In this document: one piece after another, positions 26,068 to 39,724 of the stretch
Layout of the letters: each line of letters begins with the position of its first letter
Position numbering within the stretch: the stretch's first letter is position 1
NCBI GenBank assembly: GCA_964016885.1
Contig: OZ024740.1
Coordinates: 254,572,001-254,636,000, forward strand
From: Eledone cirrhosa
Taxonomy: Eukaryota
Direction of reading: 5' to 3'
Length of the DNA stretch: 64,000 bases
Program-made: the position numbers and the translations under genes
Notes under the pieces: model-generated
Databases searched by the model: none
What the model was told of the DNA's origin: nothing
What the model saw: the letters and a program-made list of their open reading frames with translations, nothing else

Positions 26068-27637
26068 AAACAACTTCAAGAGAAATGCATTGAGCAGCGC
26101 ATGGACTCATACTAAGTTTTTGTCGATCTGACCAAGACATTTAACACCGTAAATCGGAAGACTGCGTGGCTTATTTTGGAAAGATTGGGCTGTCATGAAA
26201 AGTTTGTGAACATACTGAAGCTCTTCCATGATGACATGCAGTCATGAGTAAATATTGGAGGTAAACTATCTGAGCCAATCTCGGTTGAAAATGGTGTCAA
26301 GCAAGGTGATATACCTGCACCAACTTTGTTTGTCTTGTATTTCGCAACGGTGTTCTTCATGGCCTTCAAGGATTGTCAACACGGTATCTATCTCAGATAT
26401 CGCACTTCCAGCAAGCTGTTCCACCTTAGGTGTCTCATGGCCAACACTAAGGTACTGAGTACCTTGATCAGAACATTTCTGTATGCAGATGATTGTGATC
26501 TTTTTGCACACTCCCAGAGTGACATGCAACATCTTATGGATTCTTTTCCCAATGCGTGCAGTGCTTTGGGACTGACAATCAGTCTGAAGAAGACTGTCGT
26601 CATGTACCAACCTGCTCCGGATAAAGTTTTCAATGAAGCCTCCATATATGTATACGGTCAAAAGCTGAATGTTGCTGAGAGATTTGTGTATTTGGGGAGT
26701 ACTCTGAGTGTAACCTTCTCTATGGATGCAGAAGCTGGTCTACGTATTAGTAAGGCATGTGAGTCATTTGGAAGGCTCAGCGACCATCTTTGGTGTAGGC
26801 AAGGAATCACAATAGAGACCAAGGTGAGAATGTATGTTGCATGGGTACTGTCAGCTTTGCTGTATGCGTGGGAAAAACGGATTGACTACAAACGGCATAT
26901 CTAAAGACTGGAACGATTTCACCAGCAGTGTCTCAGAAAGATGCTGGGTATCAAGTGACAGATGCATGTGCGTGATGTTGAGGTCCTTGAGAGAAGTGAG
27001 TGTCGGAGCATTGAGAGTATCATCCACCAACGACACTTGCGATGGACCGGACACCTCTGCAGAATGGATGATTGAATCCCAAAACAACTTTTGTGTGACG
27101 AGCTTTGTAAGGGTAAGAGACCACCTCACAAGCCAAGGCTCCGATTCAAGGATTGTGTAAAGGACTCATAGAAAAAAAACTGGTTTGATGGTGGCTGATT
27201 GGGAGGTAGAAGCTCTTGAAAGAGAAACTTGGCGTGGAATGGTGAATGATGGGGTCCATAATTTTGAGGACAGATGCATAGAGCACGAGAAGATCAAACG
27301 GGATGTGCTTAAGCAATGCCCTGGTGTATCTCGAAACGATCGGTGTCGCCCTTCAATTGAAGTGCCCTGAGTGTGGAAAATTTGCTTGAGTAAATCTGGT
27401 CTCAGGAGCCACAGTCGCAGTCATGTTCGAAGAGAAGCAGTGAACTATGATCTCCATGGTATTGTGAAGGTTCACAGTCAACTTCATGCAAGAACTGAAG
27501 CCAGAGAGAGCCATAGTTGTCGTCAATGTGCGAAGGAATGCAAGTCTCTAGCAGGCTTGAAAAGCCATATCCGAACTTCACACATCTGTATCTGACAAGC
27601 GATTGCAATACTCTTAGCAGGGTTTGCAGCCATCATA

Positions 27638-27640
<3 letters not shown>
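26068..27640 (+). mobile_element. 5'-truncated RTE (BovB-like) LINE with two C-terminal C2H2 fingers
   Basis: GVKQGD..APTLF, FLYADD, F.YLGS; CRQCAKECKSLAGLKSHIRTSH. Confidence 0.85.
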
Positions 27641-27691
<51 letters not shown>

Positions 27692-27694
<3 letters not shown>

Positions 27695-28243
27695 GTTGGT
27701 ATGGACATGTGATGTGTATGAAGCACAACAGCTGTATAAAAAAGTGCAGAGTGATCAAAATTGATGGAAGCTAAAGTAGTGGGTAGACAGAGAAAAACCT
27801 GGGACGAGGTGATAAAGGCTGACCTTGCTCACTTACACCCATCTAAGATAATGTCACCGGATCAAGATCTTTGGCGCTATGCAGTTATACAGAAGACCCG
27901 CCTTCCCTTACATACGAACTTAAATCTACAGTCAGTAGGCACCTATACACACCCAACCCACACACCCCTATTCCATCCTCCCATTCCCGTCCACTGTAGA
28001 GTGGTCGTGTAGGTGACAAAAAGCACCCAGTCCACACTGTAATGTGGTCATGTAGGAGACACGGTAAAAAGGCTCCCAGTCCACACTGAAAATATGGTTG
28101 GTGTTAGGAAGGGCATCCAGCTGTAGAAAACCTGCCAGAAACAGTTCTGTACGAGCGAGACACGGTTACCCGACCAATCTTGCTTTAAGTGAGACAAACC
28201 CATGCTAGCGTAGAAGATAGACGTTAAACATGATGATGATGAT
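27692..28243 (+). mobile_element. RTE 3' fragment
   Basis: RWYGHVM, KTWDEVI, (GAT)n tail. Confidence 0.85.
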
Positions 28244-28712
28244 ATCATCATCATCGTCATCATCCATTTACATCCGCTTTTCCTTGCTTGCAAGGATGGG
28301 ACGGGTCCTCTTCAGCACAGCATTTCTCCATTTTTTATGATCCTTCGTCATCTCCTCTGTGAGCTTCACAGATCAGCTATCACCACCTCCGCTCATATTT
28401 TTCGTGGTCTTCCTTTACTGTGTCTTCTTTCCACCAGGATTTTTTGGCACTTCTTCACCCAGCGGTCATCTTCCATGCACATTACATGGCCATACCAACG
28501 CAGTCTTCTCTCCCGCAGACTACAGTTTATTCCTCTTATACACAGTTTCACTTTCAACTCGTCCATGCTTGGTTGTTCACGCACATTGACATTTCACATC
28601 CATCAGAGCAAGCTTGCTTCATTTCTCTTCTCCAGCCTTCGCATATTCTCCGCAGTTGCTGCCCATGTCCCACTATCATGCAGCATCGCGCATCTCACCC
28701 AGGCATCATACA
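28244..28712 (-). mobile_element. RTE 3' fragment, tail-to-tail with the preceding copy
   Basis: RLRWYGHVM..GRPRK on the minus strand; (CAT)n on plus. Confidence 0.85.
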
Positions 28713-29764
28713 ACCGACATGCCACTACACTTTCGGGCCACATCAGGGATCTCAAAGATAATAATATAACCTACAATCTCACTTGGAGCTTACTGTCCAG
28801 AGTTAACTCTTACACGGGAGGACGCCGTCCATGTAACTTATGCTCGGAAGAAACATTACAAATGCTGTTTTCTAAACAAGAAAGACGAACTGGTAAACGC
28901 ATGCAAACACAGATTGCGTAGGACGGACCTCTCCATAAAACCCCATAACGACCCGGGTGGGTAGACAAGGGCTGATACCCCCCACTTGCCGATTTTGTAA
29001 GGAGAAACCTCTGCTTGCATAGGTAGAAGTAACCTTTTTTCTTTTCCTCTACGTTCCCTTCCCCCCATCTTATCCTATTCCTTCCACCCCGATCTCCTTC
29101 CTCGTCTGTCTTTCACCTTTCGCCTACCCCGATGCAGCCCATCGGTCCTCTGTAGCCTCAGTACCCCTCCCCCGTAATTTTAAGATAGAATTGGCCTATT
29201 ACGCTTTTTATAGCAGATGTGTTTCTTTTTTATTACTACTCCATTTCTACAATTTCTAAATTCCTTATTTAGTATTTTTGTTCTCAACTGTAACCTGTCA
29301 TCGTAAGATAGTATTGGCGGATTACGCTTACTAACTATTTTTTTCACTACCAACTACAATCTCGTTTTTTCCCATTCTCTACCTATTAAACTTTTCTATA
29401 GCTTAACAATACCTACTAATTTTTAGCAGCTGTTTTTGTGTTTTTCATTTCTCACTATCAATATTGTCTTTATATATTTATTTTTAAATAGTTTTATTTT
29501 ACTCCCTTTCGACCTACCTATTCTTACAACCCGCCCCCTTCCTTTTCTCCAGTACAATTTTTCGACCTTTTATACACTATCCTTAGAATCTGATGTATAG
29601 ATTTCACTTTCAACGCCTGACTGGCTTTCCCCACTCCCTCTTTGTTCTACCGGCAAGTTCAGCCACCCCTACCTCCCACCAAATGCCATGGTAGATTTAT
29701 CTGTCTTTATAACAAATTTTAACCAATCATCTTGACAATTACTATCTTCCCATATAAGGAAATT

Positions 29765-29858
29765 CCCCTTGAGTAGTTTGGCTATTTATTTACCAGGCTA
29801 AAAATTCTTATTTAGTCCAGAAATAGCCGTCGAAACGGCTTGAGCTCTGCCGCCGGGG
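29765..29858 (+). ncRNA. Hammerhead in 5' pLTR, core-mutated
   Basis: TTGAGTA and GCC triplet, versus TTGAGAA and GTC in the 3' copy. Confidence 0.6.
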
Positions 29859-32800
29859 TCATAATTGTTTCTATTACCCACTCTACTACACTAAGTATTG
29901 AGTACTTTGGTGCGTTATGGTCCATCTGGTTCCTTACCACAATTCCTTCGTTATCTAGCTCCTATCTCCGTAGTAGAGCACTTTCCGACCCTACCACGCC
30001 ATATCTAGACTTTTCCGCCCAGCTCAAGTTTTCACCCGTACCATGCGAAAACACAACATCGACTTCTCCACCAAGAACATCCCAGTTCCACCGAGAAAAC
30101 TTTACCTTCGGATGCTCACGCAAAAAATCGACCTCTTTGCGAAAAGACTAAGATGGAGAACTTTTTTCTACGACAGATACCGCGACAATCAGGACTTCGA
30201 TACCAAGGAGAGATTCGTATTTAATACCTACAAATCTCCCCCTCCGAACCCTATGCTCTCACCCTTCGAGAAAGACCTTTTCCAACTAGTCAAGAGCATT
30301 AAATTCAAACCCAGACACAACAGATTCCTACAAAAACTCCGTAGCAAAATAATAGAGTATGAAAACACCAACGACATCATGGTGCACTCGGACAAAACTG
30401 GAAACCTCTACTTCGTCAACCCCGACAGATACCACACACTGATCAGGAGCAGCCTAAACTCCACCTATAAAAAGGCTAACCATTCATGTATCGAGGACAT
30501 AAATCGAGATGGACAACACATTACCTCCAGCCTCGGGGTCGCCGACCGCACTGAACCCCTAGACCCACGGACTCCCTACTTTACACTGAAGGACCACAAA
30601 TCTGACTTCCGACATAGGGAGAATCAGTAAAAAAAATCCTAGACCACGTTATACCAAACGTTAAGCAAAACGCGAGACTTAACCTATGGGTCAGCACCCA
30701 GGAAGTAATCTCAGGGTTCAGTAATATGGAGAACAAATGAGACACAAAATTCATCCAGTTTGACATAGAGAGTTACTATGCATCAATTACCTTACCGCTC
30801 CTTACGGCCGCCTTGGACTTTGCCGAAACACTCTCGGCCATCACCGACCAGGAAAGAAATATCATCCTCCACGCCAGGAAGACAGTCCTACTTTTCGACT
30901 ACTCCAAATGGATAAAGAGAGCTCCTGACTCCCTCTTCGACGTCAGTATGGGCGCGACGGATTCGGCCGAGGTCACAGATCTTATAGGTTTATTCCTACT
31001 ATTTAAACTCACCGAAATGTTTCCTGCATTCGGCGGTGGATTATACCGCGATGATGGCTCCTCACCCTCAAAGAGTACAACCCCAGTTGTACAGACCGGG
31101 TCCGTAAACAATCAGCTTCTTCCGGGACTGGGGATTTAAAATAACCTGAGTAAACTTCCTGGACGTTGCCCTTAACCTCGAAAATGATCTGTACTACCCA
31201 TACAGGAAACCAAACGACAACCTGCATTACGTCCACTGCCGCTCTAACCATCCTAGAAACATCACAAATAACCTGGTTAAAAACATCTCCCTCCGCATAT
31301 CTCGTTTGTCCGCTAATGAGCAGATATTCGACGAACACGCTCCTCATTACAACCAGGCCCTCAAGCGGAGTGGCTCCCGGGAGGAAATATACTTTTATCC
31401 AGCTTCCCTTAGCGGAACCAGCAGGCGACACCGCCGCTCACGCAACGTAACGTGGTTCAATCCTCCCCCACAATGCCGAGGTGGCAACACCTATCGGGAA
31501 AATCTTCTTTAGACTCCTCGAAAAACACTTCCCACTACAACACCGCTACCACAACATAATCAACAAAAACACCATCAAACTCTTCTACAGCACCACACCT
31601 AACTTCGCACAAAACATCGTCTCCTCTAACAACAAAAAACTCAACCCCTATGGAAGAAATAACCTAGAGTTCAGTGGAGAGCCGACCAGCTGGTGTAACT
31701 GTCCTGATAGATCCATGTGCCCCCTCAACAACAGATGCCGAGAACGTAATCTGATCTACCAGTGCAACGTGAGGACGGGCACCTCCAACAAAGCTTATAT
31801 AGGATTAACCGCATGTGACTTCAAGGCCCGGCTCTACCAACACCGACATACTTTTCGAAACCCGGTCCGGCGACATGCCACTACACTTTCGGGCCACATC
31901 TGGGACCTCAAAGATAATAATATAACCTACAATCTCACTTGGAGCTTACTGTCCAGAGCTAACTCTTACACGGGAGGATGCCGTCCGTGTAACTTATGCT
32001 CGGAGGAAACATTACAAATGTTGTTTTCTAAGGACCAACTCCTAAACAAGAAAGACGAACTGGTAACCGCATGCAAACACAGATTGCGTAGGACGTACCT
32101 CGCCCTCAAACCCGGGTGGGTAGACAAGGGCTGATAACCCCCACTTGCCGATTTTGTAAGGAGAAACCTCTGCTTACATAGGTAGAAGTAACCTTTTTTC
32201 TTTTCCTCTACGTTCCCTTCTCCCCCCCCCCCCCATCTCATCCTATTCCTTCCACCCCCGATCTCCTTCCTCGTCTGTCTTTCACCTTTCGCCTACCCCG
32301 ATGCAGCCCGTCGGTCCTCTGTAGCCTCAGTAGCCCCTCCCCCGTAATTTAAAGATAGAATTGACCTATTACGCTTTTTATAGCAGATGTGTTAGACCCC
32401 GTAATTGTTTCTTTTTTGTTACTACTCCATTTCTACAATTTCTAAATTCCTTATTTAGTATTTTTGTTCTCAACTTATTAACCTGTCATCGTAAGATAGC
32501 ATTGACGGATTAAGCTTTACTAACTATTTATAGCAGTGGTGTTAGACCCCCCCCCCCGTAAAGCCGGCTTTAAAAAAAGTTTTCACTACCAACTACAATC
32601 TCGTTTTTTCCCATTCTCTACCTATTAAACTTTTCTATAGCTTAGCAATACCTACTAATTTTTAGCAGCTGTTTTTGTTTTTACCTTTCTCACTATCAAT
32701 ATTGTCTTTATATATTTATTTTTAAATAGTTTTATTTTACTCCCTTTCGACCTACCTATTCTTTCAACCCCCCTCCTTTTCTCCACAACAATTTTTCGAC

Positions 32801-32998
32801 CTTTTATACACTATCCTTAGAATCTGATGTATAGATTTCACTTTCAACGCCTGACTGGCTTTCCCCACTCCCTCTTTGTTCTACCGGCAAGTTCAGCCAC
32901 CCCTACCTCCCACCAAATGCCATGGTAGATTTATCTGTCTTTATAACAAATTTTAACCAATCATCTTGACAATTACTATCTTCCCATATAAGGAAATT

Positions 32999-33092
32999 CC
33001 CCTTGAGAAGTTTGGCTATTTATTTACCAGGCTAAAAATTCTTATTTAGTCCAGAAATAGCCGTCGAAACGGCTTGAGCTGTGCCGTCGGGG
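32999..33092 (+). ncRNA. Type I hammerhead, U3-A8 core, long stem II
   Basis: CCCC-TTGAGAA-(GGCTATTT...AAATAGCC)-GAAA-CGGC(N9)GCCG-TC|GGGG. Confidence 0.8.
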
Positions 33093-34761
33093 TCATACTT
33101 GTTCCTATATATATATACATATATACATATATATAGATAACATCATCATCATCACTATTTTACGTTAATTTTTCCACGCTAGAATGGGTTAGACGAGTTG
33201 TCCTGTTGTGGGCAATGCTAGGTCAGGTGACCATGACCAGTTTACAGTGTGGGCCGGGCGGTTTTTGCAATGCCAGTACCACGACCACTTTAAAGTGTGG
33301 GCTGGGGGCTTCACTTGATGTATACTTCGTACAGCCTTCGTGGGGGTGTATGGGAGGGTGGAGTGGGGTGATGCATACTGTATATATGCTTCAGTTTCGG
33401 CCTGTATTACTGCGTAACGCCAGAGACCTCGGTCCTGTGTCATCGCCTTTGACAAGGTCAGCTTTTATCACCTCGTCCCAAATATTCCTGAGTTTCCCCA
33501 GTCCATGGCTTCCAAAGAGTTAAATGCTCTTCGTAAGAACTGTAAAGATGTAATTGCATTCAATGGAGATTATGTTTTGCAGAATAAAAAAAATGTAGTT
33601 TCAATATGTTTGCATTTTCATTTAAATGGTTATTCACCACACCAAGTATATATATATATATGGTCTTGCACCTGTCCTTACTCATAGCAGCAGCACCCAG
33701 TATCGGGCCCCTCAACTATGGTTACGCTGTGTGGTGGGTTTGTGTAGCTTGCTGGCCTGCCCCTCCCCATGGCGGTGCCATCCAATACTGGGCTACGAAA
33801 CTATAGTTGTGAGTTGGGTTAGGCTTCTCATATCGGTGCCATCAAGTACTGGGCTCCCTCTGGCCTCTTCCCATAGTGGTGTCATCCAGTGTCAGGCTCC
33901 TGCTGGAAACACAGTTTTTTGGGAGTGGAGTTGGAAGGTGTTGGGGTGTTTAAGGAGTGTTTTAGAAAGGGGTGTTATAAATGCTCTCCTGCTGGTTCCA
34001 TTTCAATAAATGACCCTTGATGAATATAATGGCTGGATGTTTTTCAAATTTTTTTTTATAGCTGAATCAACTCTCTTAAATTTATAAAGAATATTTTCAA
34101 CAATTTTCTATATCAAAGATGAAATTAGGTGCGTGTTTGGTGGTGGTGGGGTTAATGAGGTGTAAGATACATGTCTTTTGATAAGAATGGGATGACAGCA
34201 AAGAGAAGAATAAGGATAGTTTTGAAATATTTGTCAGAAATGTATGTTGGGGATATTGGTTTGGAAGAGGAAGCGTGTGTGAGTGAGGGGAATGCTAGCT
34301 CACATATTCACTTCCCTACATGTAAACATACATACATTCCATATACATATACATACACACACACACACGTATATAAATGTATACACACACGCACACATAC
34401 ACATATACACATACATACACACATATCTACACATATATGCATATACTTACATACACACACACGCATATAAATGTATATACACACACACATATATACACAT
34501 ACATACACACGTATACACATATCTACACATATATGTATATATATACATGTGTGAAGGCGTGTGGCTGGGTGGTTAGAGAATTGTATTCACAATCTTGAAG
34601 TTGTGTGTTCGATTCCTGGACCAGGCGATGCGTTATGTCCTTGAGCAAGACACTTTATTTCACGTTTCTCCTTCTACCTGGAGTTGCGACCAATAGATAG
34701 TACTAGCAACTGGAAAGACCGACGAAAACATTGTTTACTCGGTCCGATTTGACGAAAGTTG

Positions 34762-34832
<71 letters not shown>

Positions 34833-35809
34833 CATATATATTTATATATACACACATACATGCACGCATACATATAGACACATGTATACACATACCTGTA
34901 CACCTACAGGCATACATTCATATACATATATACACATCTCTACACACATATGTATACACATCTACTCAAGTATTTACGTTCACATATACATTGGTGTGGG
35001 GAAGAGGGAATTAATGAAATGTTAGTGTACCTCTGAGGGTTTTTCTTCTCTTCAACGATCGAATGTTTGAAAGTGCGGGTGTCATCCACTTCTATTTGGA
35101 TATTTTTCTTTTTTCAATATGAGATTTTAAAAAAGGGGTCGGTGTGGGGGAGGAGAATCCCGTTATTTGAAGATGAAATATCATTTTCTTGTGTTCAATA
35201 GTGGTTTGTACTTTCTAATGAAGAATTCTTCTTTATATTTCTGGAAATGTTCGTTGTCCGACCTTAAAGAAGGGGAAGATTGTGAATTTTCCCTTTCCGC
35301 ATGATGCGAAGTGTTCACTGCATGTGGTGTTTCTGACAGAGGGGCCTCTAATTTGTTGTTGTCATGTAGATCCATTCCGGTTTCACCAATGTAGTATTCT
35401 TTACATTGTGGGCAAGTTGCACAGTAAATTTTTTTGTTTTTCAATACTTGTTTGCATTAACTTTGAAAATCTGATTGTTTTTAAAGGAGATTTTCCCACC
35501 CTCTTCAATGTGTTCACAAGTTCTGCATCGAGGTTCCCCGCATTTCTTAACTTCTATTGTTTCATTATCAGACATAAATTTTGCCTTGGTAAGCAGTATT
35601 TTTTAGGTTGGGTGCTTGGCGTCTACTATATATTATTTGTGAGTCTTTTATGAGTACATTCATTTTAGGGGACTGCCGGAGAATCGGGAGATATTGTTTA
35701 ACAGCTTTCACAATGTTGAAGTTCCTTGGATGACAAAAGGGATAAAGGAAACGAATGATTGTGGATGAATGGACAATACATCGTTTCTCTTTGTAGGAAT
35801 AAATGACTC

Positions 35810-36220
35810 CAAATTATTGACCAAGACCATTTGCGCACTTGGCGGTAAACGGGAGAAAAATAGCTGTTTAATGAAGGATGTATCAATTCCTTGGGAGTCG
35901 CTCAGCTCACGTAGATGTCGCAAATAGGAAGTTGGCGTTCTGTCACCCATCTGTGTATCCTCCAATAATTCCCGAAAACAGCTCTCCACAGACCTAGTAT
36001 TCCTACGAAGAATTTCTAGTTTTAATGAGCCATAAGTAACGTCTGCGGCTAAATTGGTTACCACATCCTTCACGGAATATGCCAACGACACAGGCAAGCC
36101 ACTAACTAGTACCTTCAGTTTATGCTGTTCTTTGGTTTTGGTTAAATCGAAAAAGCATTCAAGCTGCGAAAACCAGAGCTTAATATCGCCCGCAAATATC
36201 GGCAAATTATGCGAATTCAT
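35810..36220 (-). pseudogene. Gypsy gag N-terminal fragment
   Basis: Part of ORF 35708-36286, truncated where it joins the LTR remnant. Confidence 0.75.
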
Positions 36221-36581
36221 GATGGCCAGTTGAGAAAAAAAAAATGCTTTTGGTGAAGACGCCGTCACGTGGCACGATGCAGCCAATCAGATTGCTGGGA
36301 TTGAAGAAGATACACTGTGCGCGGGAAAACCGCAAAAAGAAGAAGACACGCAGAATGGCGGGAAAATGTCGGCCATTTAAAAAATTTTCAAGAGGAAATG
36401 ACGGTGAATATCAGGAAAGAAAAAATGTTCACAGTGTAAACAGCGAACAGAGTTTAGAAATCTTGTTTTCCTTCTTCCTTTTTAGAAGGCTTGCATTTAA
36501 GAGTTTTTTTGGGTTATTTTTGGAAAAGGTTTGGATTCAAACCAAAGAAAACATTTTTTTTTAGTATCCGCGTATTGTGGA

Positions 36582-36599
36582 ATCACGTCGGGGTCACCA
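36582..36599 (-). promoter_or_regulatory. Primer-binding site complementary to the tRNA-Trp 3' end
   Basis: TGGTGACCCCGACGTGAT immediately after the LTR. Confidence 0.85.
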
Positions 36600-38189
36600 A
36601 TAAAGGAAACGAATGATTGTGGATGAATGGACAATACATCGTTTCTCTTTGTAGGAATAAATGACTTCAGAAGGGGGGTGAACAGTCAAAAATCAACGAA
36701 CCTTTATTAAATGCGACATTTAATAAATTATGTACAATATCAATTCAAACATACCGTGTGGGTTAATAGAAGTAGTGTAATTATATTCTCCGGTGCAGGA
36801 ATAACGAAAGAATAAGCGAGTGCATATTAGTCGAGATATCGTGGCGTCCTTGATCCGAAGGAGGGCATTTACACATAATCCCTCACGAAGCCAGCATGGT
36901 CAATATTTTTTTTGAGGAGCGGATCCTTTCACGTCTGTTCATGTCCGCGTCTGTGACCGGATGTATCTTGCCTCCGCTCTCTGAAGAGTTGTTAAGGGGA
37001 GGCAACTGCTAGTTGCTAAGTGACCATCTCAGTCACTACAGGGATAACTGTTTTTTCCTTTTTATTTTGTTGGTTTGTTTTTCTCAGTGTTGTCACTGGG
37101 ATGTTCTGGGCTTTGGAGATGGCCGTGTTGATGAGTTTCACCGGATATTCTTGTCTTTTAAGGAACTCTTTTAGTTCATATAATCTTTTTTCCTGTAGTG
37201 TGGGGTGTGTTACTATGGTGTAAATGCGTCTTGCCATGTTAGGGAATGTTCCTTTTAGTATGTGAGGGGTGTGCTGATTGGATATTCAAGTATTGGTGTG
37301 TGTCGGTTGGTTTGTAAAATAGGTCTGTTTTGATATTTTCCCCTTCTTTAATGATAAGGATATCCAGAAACGGTAGTTTCTTTATATTACATTCCATGGT
37401 AAATGTTATTGCTTCGTGAAGACTGTTTCTGATGGAATGGAATCTTTGCAGGTCTTCTTGGCTTCTATTCCAGAAGATGAAGCAGTCGTCTAAGTAACGT
37501 TTCCCGTTGTGATTAATGTAGGTGGCAAAGTCCTGCAGCTGGGTATATAATTTTGCCTCTAGGTGACCCATAACGAGTGTAGTCTGGGTGTTTTGTAATC
37601 CAGAAGTCAACAGCTTCAATTCCTGAGTCGTGTGGGATGTTAATATATAAGCTTGTTGCATCAAAGCTGACTAAGATTGTTTCTTGGTGTACTTTCTGGG
37701 GGAATATAGTTAAGGAATTCCATACCATCGCTGATGAAGCTTGGTACTTTTTTACATAAGGGTTTCAGTATAATGTCTAATAGGTTGCATAGACGTTGTG
37801 TGCTTGAGGCTGGACCAGCAACAATTGGGCGTCATTTTAAATCTGTATGTTTTTGGTAATTTTAAATCTGTATGTTTTGCCTTTTATGTTGTTTTGGTAA
37901 AAATTGCCGGTTTTCCTTTCGGAATTGGTTAAGTAATTGATTTCCTTTAACGTGAGGTTATATTGGTACTTTGTCATCAGTTTGCCTACTTGAATAATCG
38001 ATTTTCTTTCTTCGCTTTTGCTGATTTTCCTGCAAAACCCTCGTCATTCAACTGTTCTAGGACCATATCCTTGTAGTGGTTTTTGTCCATGATGAGGATT
38101 GCACCACCTTTGTCAGCTTCTTTTATGATTATTGAGGAGTCTTGTTGTAGCTTGTTTAGTGTTAGCAGTTGGGTGTGTATATACATACA

Positions 38190-39513
38190 TCATCATCAGC
38201 ATCATCATCACCGTTTTACGTCTATTTCCATGCTAGCATATGTTAGATGAGTTGTCCTGTTGTGGGCAATGCTAGGTCAGGTGACCATGTCCTGCCCATA
38301 CATGACTGATTCTGGTTTGGTTTCTACAGCTGAATGCCCTTCCTAACACCAACCTCATTTACAGTGAGTACTGGGTGCTTTTTGTCGTGACACCTACATG
38401 ACCACTTTACAGTGTGGGCGGGGTGCTTTTTATTGTGACACCTACACAACCACTTTAGAGTGTGGGCTGGGGGCTTCACTGGATACATTTACTTTGGCCT
38501 GTCCTCATAAGGGTGTTTGGGAGGGTGGGTTCTGGTATTCTTTATATATGCTTCAACTTGTGCACGTGGGAAGTTGAATAACTGCATATCGTCAGAGATC
38601 TCGGTCCTGAGTTATCACCTTTGAGAGGTACAATTGGGCAAGGTCAGCTTTTATCACCCCATCCCAAGTCTTCCTGGGTCTCCCCGCTCCAAGACTTCCA
38701 TCGACTTTGAGCGCTCTGCACCTTTTTATGCATCTCTCATCCTTCATACGCATCAAATGTCCAAACCAACGTAATTTCTCCTGCACACAACATTTGATTC
38801 CTCTTATACTTAGTCTCTCCCTCAGTTTGTTTATGCTTTGTATGCTTTGCCGTTCACGTATATTACTATTACACAACCATCGGCGCATCAAGCTTCATTT
38901 CTTTCCAATCTATGCAAGTCTTCTGCACACAGCGCCCAGGTCTCCCTACCATGCAGCATTGCTGTTCGTATGCACGCATCATACAGTCTGCCTTACATTT
39001 TAAAGGAAAAGCCTTTTGCAGCTAGCAGTAGCAGTAGTTCCCTGAACTTCTTCCACCCCGTTCTTACCGTGGGTACTGTACTTTCCGAACACCCACCTCC
39101 ACTGTTAATTCGGTCACCTAGATAACAAAAGCTGTCTACTGTTTCTACAGAGCCCTCCCAGAATTTGGTAGCGCTTGTTTCCTGAGGTCGTTTGCTACTT
39201 ACTGTACCGGTACAACTGCAACATGTAAAGCCTACATTCTCAGGTAAACTTCCTGAGATCCCACTACATCTCTTGTGTACCCATAGTTTGCATATGGGGC
39301 AGGAATTTCTACATACACCTTTCCTACATACTGAGCAAAGCCATTTCCCCAAGGGGATCTGGGTTCTCTTTTCTCTTCTACTTACTAGGACCTTAGTCAT
39401 TGTCAGGTTGACTTTGAGACCCCTCCTTTCTAGGATTTTCTTCTCTAGTTCTACCATAGATTCAGCTATAAGTGTAAGATCATCCGCATACAGAAGTTAT
39501 CATAGGCAGCCGG

Positions 39514-39515
<2 letters not shown>
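38190..39515 (-). mobile_element. 5'-truncated RTE LINE
   Basis: YADD, PHD-like finger, LRWFGHLMRM, (CAT)n on plus. Confidence 0.88.
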
Positions 39516-39576
<61 letters not shown>

Positions 39577-39581
39577 ATGTG

Positions 39582-39724
<143 letters not shown>

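Larger units (their letters stand above)
28713..33105 (+). mobile_element. Near-complete Penelope-like element, probably Naiad clade: 5' pLTR (28713-about 29870), frameshifted RT/GIY-YIG ORF (30043-32134), 3' pLTR
   Basis: STKNIP, RLRWR, SDKTGN, FDVSMGA.DSAEV, LYRDDG, WFNPP, CNC..CP...C, IYQC..YIGLT, CNLC..E, LNK..EL...CKH; 28713-29865 directly repeats 31870-33100; ends in (TA)n. Confidence 0.9.
35743..37040 (-). mobile_element. Internally deleted Ty3/Gypsy LTR element: 5' LTR 37040-36601, PBS, gag fragment, about 68 bp of 3' LTR
   Basis: 35743-35808 matches 36601-36666; TSD GGGA(T) on both sides; gag motifs LWFSQLE, LK.EILRR, GDRTP..YLRHL, LFFSRLP. Confidence 0.85.
35040..38175 (-). mobile_element. 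Decayed Penelope-like element (RT + GIY-YIG), split by a Gypsy insertion
   Basis: IIKEADKGGA, VSFDATSLY.NIP, RYLDDCF, LPFLDILI, YKPTDTHQYL, IYCATCPQC..YIGETG; the frame KTVIP|FVI rejoins across the insertion. Confidence 0.88.

Noticed and set aside
27371-27595. Second host zinc-finger gene
   Set aside because: The fingers are the C-terminal end of the decayed RTE ORF
31481-32134. Selenoprotein-type Naiad with in-frame UGA at Cys positions
   Set aside because: All conserved cysteines in this ORF are ordinary Cys codons; stops elsewhere look like decay
36577-36599. tRNA-Trp gene
   Set aside because: Only the 3' terminal segment including CCA is present, adjacent to an LTR, so it is a PBS
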